Shown here piece after piece: positions 1 through 9,317 of a stretch of DNA of 64,000 nt. Every line of letters starts with the position of its first letter. Position 1 is the stretch's first letter. A program made the translations under genes and the position numbers. This stretch comes from an uncultured Planctomycetia bacterium. Its GTDB lineage: Bacteria; Omnitrophota; Gorgyraeia; 2-01-FULL-45-10; JAHFGN01. The DNA is taken from positions 12,414 through 76,413 of the forward strand of contig CAYHAE010000005.1 in assembly GCA_964354545.1 (NCBI GenBank). Direction: 5' to 3'. Below the pieces are notes generated by a model. The model did not search any database. It worked only from the letters and a program-made list of their open reading frames with translations, and was not told the DNA's origin.

Positions 1-301
1 TCCATACGTCCTCGTCATACCATCGAAATACAATAACCTATTCGGCGCATATATGCTTTTCTACATGTACGCATTCATGGTCATCGGAGGCATCAGGCTG
101 TTCTTCGCGCGTTTGGCGAGGGGTTCCGCGTATCTCTTGATCTTCTTATTTGTCTATTACCTTGCATCGCACCCCTTATTCTTCAAGATCATCATAGCGC
201 GGCATAGGGCGCCGCTGCACCCGTTCTTCATCATCCTGTTCGCGTTGGGTTTCTTTTACATATGGGATTGGATCAAAAAGAATTCTTACCAGGCACTATG
301 A
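1..301 (+). CDS. 5'-truncated polytopic membrane protein, probably the C-terminus of a GT-C (ArnT/PMT-like) glycosyltransferase
   Basis: Frame open from nt 2; hydrophobic segments and RHRAP (RYRxP-like) motif; TGA overlaps the next ATG at 298. Confidence 0.5.
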   Translation, partial: PYVLVIPSKYNNLFGAYMLFYMYAFMVIGGIRLFFARLARGSAYLLIFLFVYYLASHPLFFKIIIARHRAPLHPFFIILFALGFFYIWDWIKKNSYQAL

Positions 302-1761
302 ACGATAGTAGAAAAAAAGCAGTCCTCATATATCCTCCCACCGGCCTCTACGACAGAAGCGACCGTTGTCAGTCGTATCTCGAGAGCGAAACGGGTCAGC
401 TCATCTCTCCTCCCATGGATCTCGCGTACATGGCTGCCGTGCTCGAAAAGGCAGGATACCATTGTTTCGTGAGAGACTACCCGGTTGAAAAGAAAGGGTG
501 GCCGGACCTCGAACGCGACCTCGAGAGGGAGCGGCCCTCCCTGCTCGCGGTAAGCACGACCCTGTCGACCCTGAGCGATGACCTGAGGGCATGCGACATC
601 GCGAAGAGGATCGACAGCGGCTGTCTTACGGTAGGGAAGGGTGGATATGTGGGAGATGAGAGCGAATCGATACTGAGGATGAACCCCCGCCTCGACATCT
701 TCATAAATTACGAGCCGGAATTCGTCATGGATGATATCGCCCGCTCCCGTCCTCTCGATTCCATCAAGGGGATAAGCTTCAGGAGAGGCGAGGAGATCGT
801 CAACAATCCCCCGAGGCCGTTCGACGGCGACCTCGACACCCTTCCGATGCCTGCGCGGCACCTCATAAAAAACGAGTTCTACAAGATGCCGGATACGAGG
901 GAGACTTTTACCACGATCTTCACAGGCAGGGGATGCCCGTTCCGTTGTATCTTTTGTCTCGCGGGAAAAGTGGGCGGGAAGGCCTTGAGGCTTCGTTCGC
1001 CCTCACACGTGATAGCGGAACTCGAAGAGTGCATACGTTCGTTCCGCATAAGGAATTTCTGGATAAGGGCGGATACGTTCACATTCAACAAAAAGTGGGT
1101 CCTCGAGATATGCCGTCTCATGATAGAGAAGAAGTTTTCCATACGGTGGATGACGAATAGCCGCGTCGATATGGTCGACGACGAGATGCTGGGGCTCATG
1201 AAGCGCTCCGGCTGCACGGTGATCGGATTCGGAGTGGAGAGCGGCAGCCAGGACCTCCTTGACAAGATGAAAAAGGGCATTACGCTCTCGCAGACCAAGG
1301 ATGCGGTCGCGATGTGCCGGAGGCACGGAATCAAGACGTACCTGAACTTCGTCATCGGGCTGCCGTGGGAAAGCGAGGATACTTTTCACGAGACGATCCG
1401 GTTCGCAAAGTCCTTGCCTGCCGATATGTATAATTTCAGCCTCTCCTACCCATTCCCGGGGACGGAGCTCTATGAGTACGCGAAGCAGAACGGGCTTTTG
1501 AGGTCTGACGACGCCCTCGCGCGCGTGTACGGGTTTTTCGAGCCCGTCGCGGACACCCTCTATATGAAAAAGGACAGGCTCGCCCAATTGAAGGCGATCG
1601 CATTCAGAAGCGTCATGCTCGATCCGCGGTTCATACTGAGGACCATTTCCGCGACGCGGTCCCCGGCGCTTTTGGTGTCGTATCTGCAGGAGGCGATCAG
1701 GCTCTTCAGGGTGACGCACGGGGTGAGCAGGATGCAGGAGGCCTCACGGGGTCGACGATGA
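298..1761 (+). CDS. B12-binding-domain radical SAM protein #1
   Basis: N-terminal PPMDLAYMAAVL domain, GRGCPFRCIFC, FGVESGSQ; start moved to the ATGA overlap at 298. Confidence 0.85.
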   Translation: MNDSRKKAVLIYPPTGLYDRSDRCQSYLESETGQLISPPMDLAYMAAVLEKAGYHCFVRDYPVEKKGWPDLERDLERERPSLLAVSTTLSTLSDDLRACDIAKRIDSGCLTVGKGGYVGDESESILRMNPRLDIFINYEPEFVMDDIARSRPLDSIKGISFRRGEEIVNNPPRPFDGDLDTLPMPARHLIKNEFYKMPDTRETFTTIFTGRGCPFRCIFCLAGKVGGKALRLRSPSHVIAELEECIRSFRIRNFWIRADTFTFNKKWVLEICRLMIEKKFSIRWMTNSRVDMVDDEMLGLMKRSGCTVIGFGVESGSQDLLDKMKKGITLSQTKDAVAMCRRHGIKTYLNFVIGLPWESEDTFHETIRFAKSLPADMYNFSLSYPFPGTELYEYAKQNGLLRSDDALARVYGFFEPVADTLYMKKDRLAQLKAIAFRSVMLDPRFILRTISATRSPALLVSYLQEAIRLFRVTHGVSRMQEASRGRR

Positions 1762-2528
1762 GCGCGCATGCAGTATCAGAGGTATGGGTCGATAAATTGG
1801 AGAGCGAGCACGAGTACTTCCCGCCCTACGTGTGCAGGGAGTTCTTCACCCGGCTGGTCTCCACGCGATGGATATCATCTCTCATAAAGGACCCCTCCGC
1901 GGCAGCTTTTCTGGAGGCGGGATGCGGCATAGGACGGTTTGGCATCGCCATTGCGACCGCAGGGCGGAAGGTTACCCTCATGGACTGCTCCGAGAAGAGC
2001 CTCCAGGCAGCACGCCGCCTCAAGGAACTCGCTGAGGGCTATTTTGGCCCTCTTGATGTGGAGTGCCTCAAGGGCGAGCTTGAGCGCACGCGGTTCAAAG
2101 ACGGGATATTCGACGCGACTTTCAATGAAGGCGTGTTGGAGCACTGGAGCGATCGCTGCGAGCGGATAGGCATGCTGTCGGAGATGGCAAGGGTCACGAA
2201 GGCCGGCGGGCTCGTATCGGTGAGGGTCGTGAATACAAGAAATGCGTTGTATAATTTTCTTTTCCTGGCGTCGCTGAAGAAGACGATACCATTTTGCCAC
2301 AGGTACGACCTCAAGGGTCTCAGGCGCGAAATGGAAGACGCGGGCCTCGATGTCGTGTACTGTGACGGCGAAGTCATCAACGACCCCGGCGTGTGGACGA
2401 GGCGCGGGTGGCTCATCGGGCTATTGAAGGCGGCGGGCTTCGTGATAAACCGCCTGCCAAAGCGTTTCAGAGAGGTCTTGTGCCCGTCCATCTTCTGCAT
2501 CGGCGTAGTGAAGAGGTCGCAGCGATGA
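1758..2528 (+). CDS. Class I SAM-dependent methyltransferase
   Basis: FLEAGCGIG motif I, FDATFNEGVLEHW, RVTKAGG. Confidence 0.85.
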   Translation: MSAHAVSEVWVDKLESEHEYFPPYVCREFFTRLVSTRWISSLIKDPSAAAFLEAGCGIGRFGIAIATAGRKVTLMDCSEKSLQAARRLKELAEGYFGPLDVECLKGELERTRFKDGIFDATFNEGVLEHWSDRCERIGMLSEMARVTKAGGLVSVRVVNTRNALYNFLFLASLKKTIPFCHRYDLKGLRREMEDAGLDVVYCDGEVINDPGVWTRRGWLIGLLKAAGFVINRLPKRFREVLCPSIFCIGVVKRSQR

Positions 2529-3940
2529 AGGTCCTACTGGTCAATCCGTCTCAGGAGAAGGTATACGGGGTAAAGATGTCTCCGATATATCCTCCGCTCG
2601 GCGTGCTCTATATAGGCGCGGCTCTCAAGAAACGCGGCCATGACGTGAGGCTGCTCGATGTCGACGTCGACGGGGTCACGCCGCAGACGTTCAGAGGGAC
2701 GCTTGAGTCGTTCAACCCAAGGGCCGTCGGCATCACGAGCGTCACGCCGACGGTCAAAGACGGGCTCAGGTGGGCATCCGAGACAAAAAAATTCGATCCG
2801 TCTATCCGCGTCATTTTCGGAGGGATACACGCGACCATAGCCCCTTTGGAACTGATCCGCGAGACGTGCGTGGATTTCGTGGCCTTTGGCGAAGGCGAGA
2901 AGACCGTCGTAGAGCTCGCGGAAAGGATCGAGGACGGCACGGGGTCCTATTCCGACATACGCGGCATCCTCTATAAAGTGGGAAGCGACGTTATCCGGAA
3001 CAGCCCCCGGGAGCTCATCGAGGACCTCGACGAAATAGAGTTCCCCGACACCGGCCTTCTCAGATCCCTCGCATGCTATGCCCCGCCCGATGCCGTCCGC
3101 ACCCCCGTCGCCACCATCATGACGTCCCGCGGATGCCCGGGGGATTGCACCTTCTGCTGCAGCAAATACATGTTCACGCGGCGCGTCAGGCTGCGGAGCG
3201 TTGACAATATTGTCCGTGAGATAGACCGCCTCGTCGATTCGTACCATGCGAAAGAGATCCACATCGCGGACGATACGTTCACGGTCAACAAGAAAAGGGT
3301 CGTCGATTTCTGCGAACGGGTCCGGGAAAGGGGATACGATCTGCAGTTTGAATTCATGAACGGCCTCAGGGCCGATTTTGTCGACGAAGATATCTTGAGG
3401 GCGCTCAGATCAATACGCGTGAGGAACCTCGGGTTCGGAGTAGAGTCGGGGAGCGATGAGGTGCTGAGGCTCGCGAAGAAGAACATCGATCTAAAGAAGG
3501 TGAAGAGCGCATTCTCCCTCGCCAAGAAGTTCGGCTTTGAGACCTGGGCGTTCTTCATCATAGGCCTCCCGGGAGAGACGGCCAGGTCCGTAGAGCAGTC
3601 GATACGGCTCGCCATCGAGCTTGATCCGGACTTCGCCAAATTCCTCATCCTGAAGCCTTATCCGGGAAGCGAGGTATTTGACTACCTCTCCGAGCGCAAC
3701 CTCATCGACAGCTACGATTACGACAACTACGGTGTCTACACACAACCGGTCCACCATCTGCCTGAGATGTCCAAGGAGGATATGGTGAGATGGCAGAAGA
3801 GGGCATTCGTACAATTCTATTTGCGCCCTCGAAAATTGTTAGGGCATGCGCTTCGGATAAGGTCATTTACCCAGCTGAAACTTGCTCTGAGAGGCCTGCA
3901 ATTTATAGCATTCAATATTTTTAGAGGGCGCGAGAGATGA
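2525..3940 (+). CDS. B12-binding-domain radical SAM protein #2
   Basis: MKVLLVNP, PPLGVLYIGAALK, GGIHAT, SRGCPGDCTFC, FGVESGS; ATGA overlap at 2525. Confidence 0.88.
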   Translation: MKVLLVNPSQEKVYGVKMSPIYPPLGVLYIGAALKKRGHDVRLLDVDVDGVTPQTFRGTLESFNPRAVGITSVTPTVKDGLRWASETKKFDPSIRVIFGGIHATIAPLELIRETCVDFVAFGEGEKTVVELAERIEDGTGSYSDIRGILYKVGSDVIRNSPRELIEDLDEIEFPDTGLLRSLACYAPPDAVRTPVATIMTSRGCPGDCTFCCSKYMFTRRVRLRSVDNIVREIDRLVDSYHAKEIHIADDTFTVNKKRVVDFCERVRERGYDLQFEFMNGLRADFVDEDILRALRSIRVRNLGFGVESGSDEVLRLAKKNIDLKKVKSAFSLAKKFGFETWAFFIIGLPGETARSVEQSIRLAIELDPDFAKFLILKPYPGSEVFDYLSERNLIDSYDYDNYGVYTQPVHHLPEMSKEDMVRWQKRAFVQFYLRPRKLLGHALRIRSFTQLKLALRGLQFIAFNIFRGRER

Positions 3941-3970
3941 CATTTTCATTTTTTCATCAGATAGCGTCAA

Positions 3971-4097
3971 AAACTGTGCTGACTTTAATCTCTATTTTAA
4001 CGCAGATATTCGCAAATCAAACGCGGATTTACGCAGATATCTGCGACGATCTGCGTTCGATCTGCGCAGATCTGCGTTAAGAATGTCAACAGGGTTT
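3971..4097. repeat. Inverted tandem-repeat hairpin: four ACGCAGAT-like units then four ATCTGCG(T) units, inside an imperfect outer inverted repeat
   Basis: TTAACGCAGAT (3997) ... centre GCAGATATCTGC ... ATCTGCGTTAA (ends 4080); outer arms AAACTGTGCTGAC / GTCAACAGGGTTT. Confidence 0.8.
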
Positions 4098-4123
4098 ATT
4101 GCGGCATCTTTCATCATATATGC

Positions 4124-4152
4124 TTGACAACGCATTATGAATAATATATAAT
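4124..4152 (+). promoter_or_regulatory. Consensus sigma70 promoter
   Basis: TTGACA (4124-4129), 17-nt spacer, TATAAT (4147-4152), 40 nt upstream of the regulator ATG. Confidence 0.85.
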
Positions 4153-4172
4153 CGTTTAGAATGTTCTAAACG
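4153..4172. promoter_or_regulatory. Candidate operator for the adjacent GbsR/MarR-type repressor
   Basis: Perfect 9-2-9 inverted repeat CGTTTAGAA-TG-TTCTAAACG directly after the -10 box, over the predicted +1. Confidence 0.7.
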
Positions 4173-4192
4173 TAATAAAAGAAGGGAAAGCC

Positions 4193-4687
4193 ATGAATAC
4201 CAAATTAGAGAACGCCCAGCACAGGTTTATGGAAGGAATAGGCACGCTGTGTGACAGCTTCGGCCTGAACAAATTCATCGCCCAACTCTACGCCCTCCTC
4301 TACTTAAGCGAGAGACCCCTCTCCCTCGATGACATGGCGAGCAAGCTCAAGGTGAGCAAGGGCAACATAAGCCTCAATATACGGGAGCTCGAGAAGTGGG
4401 GGGCCGTACGGAACATATGGGTGAAGGGCTCCAGAAAAGACTACTATGAAGCGAACCTGGATGTGAAGAAGGTGATGGCAGGCAAGCTGAAATCCGGCGT
4501 TCAGAGGAGGATGGCCGAAGTCTCTGACATGATCTCGGAGTTCAAGCGCATTATCCAGTCCGCATCGTCTGAACTCACGGACGAGGAGAAGGGTATCGTG
4601 AAGATATACGAGGAGAGGTTGAAGAAGATAGAAGAGCTCGAGGCGCTCGTATCGAATGCGATGAGCCTCGCGGATAAGCTATTATAA
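4193..4687 (+). CDS. GbsR/MarR-family winged-helix transcriptional regulator
   Basis: FGLNKFIAQLYALLYLSERPLSLDDMASKLKVSKGNIS...GSRKDYYEA pattern; upstream GAAGGG. Confidence 0.8.
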   Translation: MNTKLENAQHRFMEGIGTLCDSFGLNKFIAQLYALLYLSERPLSLDDMASKLKVSKGNISLNIRELEKWGAVRNIWVKGSRKDYYEANLDVKKVMAGKLKSGVQRRMAEVSDMISEFKRIIQSASSELTDEEKGIVKIYEERLKKIEELEALVSNAMSLADKLL

Positions 4688-4696
4688 GGGGTCCTC

Positions 4697-5737
4697 ATGA
4701 AATATAGTCCGATCATGCTTCGGATCATTACAGGGGCGCACTTCTTATTCTTACCCTTGGTGCCGGGTCCCGCCCATGCGGAAGAGAAGGTGATCAGGGT
4801 CGGATATTTCCCGAACATAACCCATTCGCAGGCGGTCATCGGCATCGCGAACGGCGCATTTCAGAAAGAATTGGGTAACGACGTTAAGATAGACGTCAAG
4901 ATATTCAACGCAGGCCCCTCGGCGATAGAAGCGATGTTCGCGGGAGAGCTCGACCTTACGTATATAGGGCCAAATCCCGCCATCAACGGATACGTTAAGT
5001 CCAAAGGGAGCGCCCTGAAGATCGTCGCAGGAGCCACGAGCGGGGGAGCAGGCCTCGTGGTCCGTGAGGATTCCGGAATTCAGAAGATAGGGGATTTCCA
5101 CAACAGGAAGATCGCATCGCCCCAGCTGGGCAATACCCAGGATGTCGCTCTCAGAGGATGGCTTAAAACGAATGGATTCACCCTGCGAGAAAGGGGCGGG
5201 GATGTTCAGGTCATCCCTATCGCCAATCCGGATCAGCTTACTCTTTTTCTCAAAAAGGAGATAGACGGAGCCTGGACGGTGGAGCCGTGGGTGAGCCGCT
5301 TGATCAAGGAAGGTCACGGGAGACTGTACCTGAATGAGCGGTCGATCTGGCCGAACGGAGAATTCGTGACCGCTCATATAATCGTGAGCCAAAAATTCAT
5401 GCGCGAGCACCGGGATCTCGTCAAAAAGTGGGTCGCATGCCACGTCGATCTCACGGGATGGATCAATCAGAATTTGCCCGAGGCGAAAGGTATCTTGAAT
5501 GAAGAGCTGAAGAGGATCACGGGGAAGGCTTTGCCCGCGGATGTCCTCGACGAGGCGTTCGCCCGCCTGAAGGTGACGTATGACCCTATCCAGAATTCGC
5601 TCTTCACATCCGCCCGGTGGGCCTTCGAGCAGGGATTCCTCGGTAAAGAATTTCCGGATCTTTCCGGGATCTACGATCTCACTGTGTTGAACGAAGTTTT
5701 GCGCGAGAAGGGCTTGGAGAATATCGAGAATAAATAG
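4697..5737 (+). CDS. ssuA: NitT/TauT/SsuA-family ABC substrate-binding protein
   Basis: Signal peptide ending AHA|EE; RVGYFPNITHSQA, YIGPNPAING, SPQLGNTQDVALR. Confidence 0.8.
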   Translation: MKYSPIMLRIITGAHFLFLPLVPGPAHAEEKVIRVGYFPNITHSQAVIGIANGAFQKELGNDVKIDVKIFNAGPSAIEAMFAGELDLTYIGPNPAINGYVKSKGSALKIVAGATSGGAGLVVREDSGIQKIGDFHNRKIASPQLGNTQDVALRGWLKTNGFTLRERGGDVQVIPIANPDQLTLFLKKEIDGAWTVEPWVSRLIKEGHGRLYLNERSIWPNGEFVTAHIIVSQKFMREHRDLVKKWVACHVDLTGWINQNLPEAKGILNEELKRITGKALPADVLDEAFARLKVTYDPIQNSLFTSARWAFEQGFLGKEFPDLSGIYDLTVLNEVLREKGLENIENK

Positions 5738-5739
5738 GC

Positions 5740-6531
5740 ATGGCAAAGCTGAAACTACACGATGTCTCAAAACGTTTTAGGACCCGGCATGGATTCCTGA
5801 CGGTATTGAAGGATATCGATCTGGAGGTTGAGGACGGAGAATTTCTTTGCATTGTCGGGCCATCGGGGTGCGGGAAGACAACGCTTCTGAATATTATTGC
5901 CGGGTTAGAAAATCCGTCAAAAGGCCAGGCGCTGTACAAGGGCACACCGATCTCCGGGCCCAGCCCGAACAGGTTGATCATCTTCCAGGAATTGGGGTTG
6001 TTTCCATGGTTGACGGCGCAGAAGAATGTGGAGTTTGGGCTAAAGATGAAGAGGATCCCGCAGCGCAAAAGACAAGAAATAGCCCTCGAGTATCTCGATA
6101 TGATGAATCTCATCAAGTTTAAGGATTCGTATATCCATGAGTTGTCCGGAGGCATGAAGCAACGGGTTGCCCTCGCGAGGGCATGGGCCATGGATCCGGA
6201 GATCCTGCTCATGGACGAGCCCTTTGCTTCGCTGGATGCTCAGACGAGAGATATGCTTCATGATGAACTCCAGAGAATTTGGGAGAGGACGAAAAAGACC
6301 GTTATTTTCGTCACGCACAATGTAAGAGAGGCAGTATGTCTTGGGGACAGGGTGATCGTCCTTTCTGCGCTCCCCGCGGAGATCAAGGCGTGCTTCCAGA
6401 TCGATTTGAAGCGTCCACGGCACATCGAAGACCTCGGCCTGATGGAGATCGTGAGGTCGGTTTTGACGGAGTTGCGAAGCGAGATCGAGAAAACCTTCAG
6501 AGAGGAATTAAGTGCGGCAGAAAATACTTAA
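5740..6531 (+). CDS. ssuB: NitT/TauT/SsuB-family ABC ATPase
   Basis: GPSGCGKT, LSGGMKQRVA, LLMDEPFASLD, VTHN. Confidence 0.85.
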   Translation: MAKLKLHDVSKRFRTRHGFLTVLKDIDLEVEDGEFLCIVGPSGCGKTTLLNIIAGLENPSKGQALYKGTPISGPSPNRLIIFQELGLFPWLTAQKNVEFGLKMKRIPQRKRQEIALEYLDMMNLIKFKDSYIHELSGGMKQRVALARAWAMDPEILLMDEPFASLDAQTRDMLHDELQRIWERTKKTVIFVTHNVREAVCLGDRVIVLSALPAEIKACFQIDLKRPRHIEDLGLMEIVRSVLTELRSEIEKTFREELSAAENT

Positions 6532-7267
6532 GCAGATATCGTTCTATGTGGCGCTTATTTTGTTATGGGAGTTTTTGGTGCGGTTGAAACTGTGGCCGGA
6601 TTATCTTTTCCCTTCGCCCTTGGCCGTCCTCGGCACCCTGATAGAGGGTTTTCGAAACTCGACATTTTTAATTGCCATTGGAATCAGCCTCCGGCGTATC
6701 GCGTTAGGATACGGCATCTCGATAGTGTTCGGGGGGTGTCTCGGGCTTCTGATAAGCAAATTTAGGATTTTGGACGAGACTATCGGGGAACTCATATTAG
6801 GTTTGCAAACTCTGCCGAGCATCTGCTGGTTGCCGCTTGCCCTTCTCTGGTTCGGACTGAATGAGCGGGCGATACTTTTTGTGGTCATCATGGGGGCCCT
6901 GTTTTCCATTACGATCGCAACCGAGTCCGGGATCAAGAATGTCCCGCCTCTTTATCTCCGCGCGGGGAGGAGCATGGGGGCCAGAAGCTGGCGGCTCTTC
7001 TGGGAGGTGATAGTGCCCGCTGCGACACCGTCTTTTATCTCCGGTTTAAAACAAGGATGGTCTTTTGCATGGAGGTCGCTCATGGCAGGGGAACTGCTCT
7101 TCGTGAGCTTGGGGCTGGGCCACCTCCTGATGATGGGAAGAGAGCTCAATGATATGAGCCAGGTGATCGCAGTGATGTTCGTGATCGCTTTCATCAGCAT
7201 ACTCGTCGGCAAATTTGTGTTCGGAAAGATCGAGTCGGATATGAGGAGGAAGTGGGGGGTCGGCTAG
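6512..7267 (+). CDS. ssuC: NitT/TauT/SsuC-family ABC permease
   Basis: Six TM-like segments; LQTLPSICWLPLA, AWRSLMAGEL; GTG start overlapping the ATPase gene. Confidence 0.8.
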   Translation: MRQKILKQISFYVALILLWEFLVRLKLWPDYLFPSPLAVLGTLIEGFRNSTFLIAIGISLRRIALGYGISIVFGGCLGLLISKFRILDETIGELILGLQTLPSICWLPLALLWFGLNERAILFVVIMGALFSITIATESGIKNVPPLYLRAGRSMGARSWRLFWEVIVPAATPSFISGLKQGWSFAWRSLMAGELLFVSLGLGHLLMMGRELNDMSQVIAVMFVIAFISILVGKFVFGKIESDMRRKWGVG

Positions 7268-7291
7268 GGCGCCTGACTGAAGTGCGGGGCT

Positions 7292-7514
7292 AATCCCCTC
7301 CGCAAAATCCCCGGCTTTTGGTTCGACGAGCTCACCATCCCTCGAACCATCCCGAGCCGTTCGACAGGCTCACGATGCCTCGAATGGTGCCGAGCAGAGT
7401 CGAGGCACGAAGTCGAGGGGCAAGCCGGGGATGGGAAGTTGCGGAATAGGATTTTGCTTCGGGGAGGGAGTCTCGGCCCTGCCAGCGGAGCTGGCGAGGC
7501 CGAGGGGCTCCACA
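7292..7514 (+). mobile_element. Hairpin MITE-like element copy 1, with nested REP-like insertions
   Basis: TCCCCTCCGCAAAA...CTTCGGGGAGGGAG...GGGGCTCCACA shared with 27259-27429 and 61629-61737; loop of CCCCGGCTT/AAGCCGGGG expanded by about 100 nt of TTCGAC...GTCGAGG repeats. Confidence 0.7.
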
Positions 7515-7533
7515 AAAGAGAAGGAGACGATCG

Positions 7534-8148
7534 GTGCAAAAAAATGTGGTGTGGCATGCGCATAAGGTAACGAGACCGGAGAGGGGCGCCATCAAGGGCC
7601 ACCGCCCGTGTGTCCTCTGGTTCACGGGGTTGCCGTCATCGGGTAAATCCACGATCGCGAATGAGCTTGAGTCCGTCCTCAATCAACGAGGGGTGCATAC
7701 CTATGTCCTCGACGGGGATAACGTACGGCATGGGCTGAATAGGAACCTCGGCTTCACGAAAGAGGACCGCAAGGAGAACATACGCAGGATCGGTGAAGTC
7801 GCGAAACTCTTCGTCGACGCAGGTGTCGTGACGATCGCGGCGTTCATCTCTCCCTTCGCGGAGGACCGTCGATGCGCGCGGGATCTTATGAAAGAGGGGG
7901 AGTTCATAGAGATATATGCGAAATGCCCCCTCGAGACGTGCATGGAACGCGACCCGAAGGGGCTCTATAAGAAGGCGATCGCAGGCGAGATAAAGGATTT
8001 TACCGGTATAAACCAACCCTATGAGGAACCGCTTAAGCCTGAGATCGTGCTCGATACGGGCAAGCTGTCGGTAGAGGAGGGGGTCAACACGATCGTCGAA
8101 TATCTTGTCCGCAATGAGACCATCGGCGAGAAAGGAAAGGAGTTATGA
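7534..8148 (+). CDS. cysC: Adenylyl-sulfate (APS) kinase
   Basis: [36 protein letters not shown]; RBS AAGGAG, GTG start. Confidence 0.95.
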   Translation: MQKNVVWHAHKVTRPERGAIKGHRPCVLWFTGLPSSGKSTIANELESVLNQRGVHTYVLDGDNVRHGLNRNLGFTKEDRKENIRRIGEVAKLFVDAGVVTIAAFISPFAEDRRCARDLMKEGEFIEIYAKCPLETCMERDPKGLYKKAIAGEIKDFTGINQPYEEPLKPEIVLDTGKLSVEEGVNTIVEYLVRNETIGEKGKEL

Positions 8149-9317
8149 ACTGCCCTTACGGAAGAAAGGAGCTCGTCAATGCCGTCGCCGCGGCCGGCGA
8201 AAGGGAGAGGCTCCTTAAGAAGGCAAAGACGCTTCATACGATAACGCTCGCGGACAGATTCCTTTCCGATTGCGAGATGCTCGCGATCGGCGCCTTCACG
8301 CCGCTCGATGGCTTTATGGGCCGCGACGAAGTCGATTCCGTCGTAAAACATTCCCGTCTTCCGAACGGGCTCATGTGGGGGATACCGATCGTCTTATTGG
8401 TCCGAGCGGACGAGGCCTCTTCCGTCAAAGTGAACGACGATGTGGCGCTCTGTGACCAGGGCGGGAGGACGATCGCCGTCATGCGTGTCGCCGAAAAGTT
8501 CACATATCCGAAAGAATCCTTCTGTAAAGAGGTCTTCAAGACCGTTGATCCGAACCACCCGGGCGTCAAGACGATACTCGAGAGCCCCGATGTCTTCCTC
8601 GGCGGGCCCGTGACGCTTATCGAACGCCCCTTGAGGAATGAAGTGGCGCCCTCATACTATCTCGATCCGGGCCAGACGCGCGCGGAGTTCAAAAAACGCG
8701 GATGGTCAACGATCGTCGCGTTCCAGACACGCAACCCTATCCATCGCGCTCACGAATATCTCATCAAGTGCGCCCTCGAATCGGTTGACGGCGCGCTCAT
8801 CCATCCTCTCGTAGGTGAGACGAAACCTGACGATATCCCCGCCGGGGTGCGGATGACGTGTTACAAGGCATTGATCGAGAACTACTTTAACCGCGAGAGG
8901 GTCGTCCTCTCGGTCCTGCCGACCTTCATGCGCTACGCCGGCCCCCGGGAAGCGCTCAACCACGCGATCATGCGGAAGAACTACGGATGCACCCACTTCA
9001 TCATCGGCCGCGACCACGCGGGCGTCGGGAATTACTACGGCCCGTTCGAGGCGCAGGAGCTTCTCCTTTCGTGCGCGGATAAGATCGGTATCACGCCGGT
9101 AAAATTCGATAATGCGTATTTTTGTAAAAAATGCGGGAACATGGCGTCGTCAAAGACATGCGGCCATGACCCGTCACATCATCTCCAGCTAAGCGGCACG
9201 AAGGTGCGCTCGATGCTTAAAGAAGGGGTGCGGCCGCCGGAGGAGTTCTCAAGGGCGGATGTGGTGGATATCCTTATCGCGTGGATGGCGGGGCAGGAGA
9301 AGGAACTGGTCAAATGA
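8145..9317 (+). CDS. sat: Sulfate adenylyltransferase (Sat type)
   Basis: [37 protein letters not shown], CxxC...C..H zinc site. Confidence 0.95.
   Translation: MNCPYGRKELVNAVAAAGERERLLKKAKTLHTITLADRFLSDCEMLAIGAFTPLDGFMGRDEVDSVVKHSRLPNGLMWGIPIVLLVRADEASSVKVNDDVALCDQGGRTIAVMRVAEKFTYPKESFCKEVFKTVDPNHPGVKTILESPDVFLGGPVTLIERPLRNEVAPSYYLDPGQTRAEFKKRGWSTIVAFQTRNPIHRAHEYLIKCALESVDGALIHPLVGETKPDDIPAGVRMTCYKALIENYFNRERVVLSVLPTFMRYAGPREALNHAIMRKNYGCTHFIIGRDHAGVGNYYGPFEAQELLLSCADKIGITPVKFDNAYFCKKCGNMASSKTCGHDPSHHLQLSGTKVRSMLKEGVRPPEEFSRADVVDILIAWMAGQEKELVK

Noticed and set aside
7264-7682. Minus-strand ORFs over the ssuC-cysC gap
   Set aside because: Translations of the palindromic repeat element
7534-9317. 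sat/cysC as evidence of dissimilatory or assimilatory sulfate reduction
   Set aside because: No aprAB, dsr, cysH or sulfite reductase here; context points to PAPS supply
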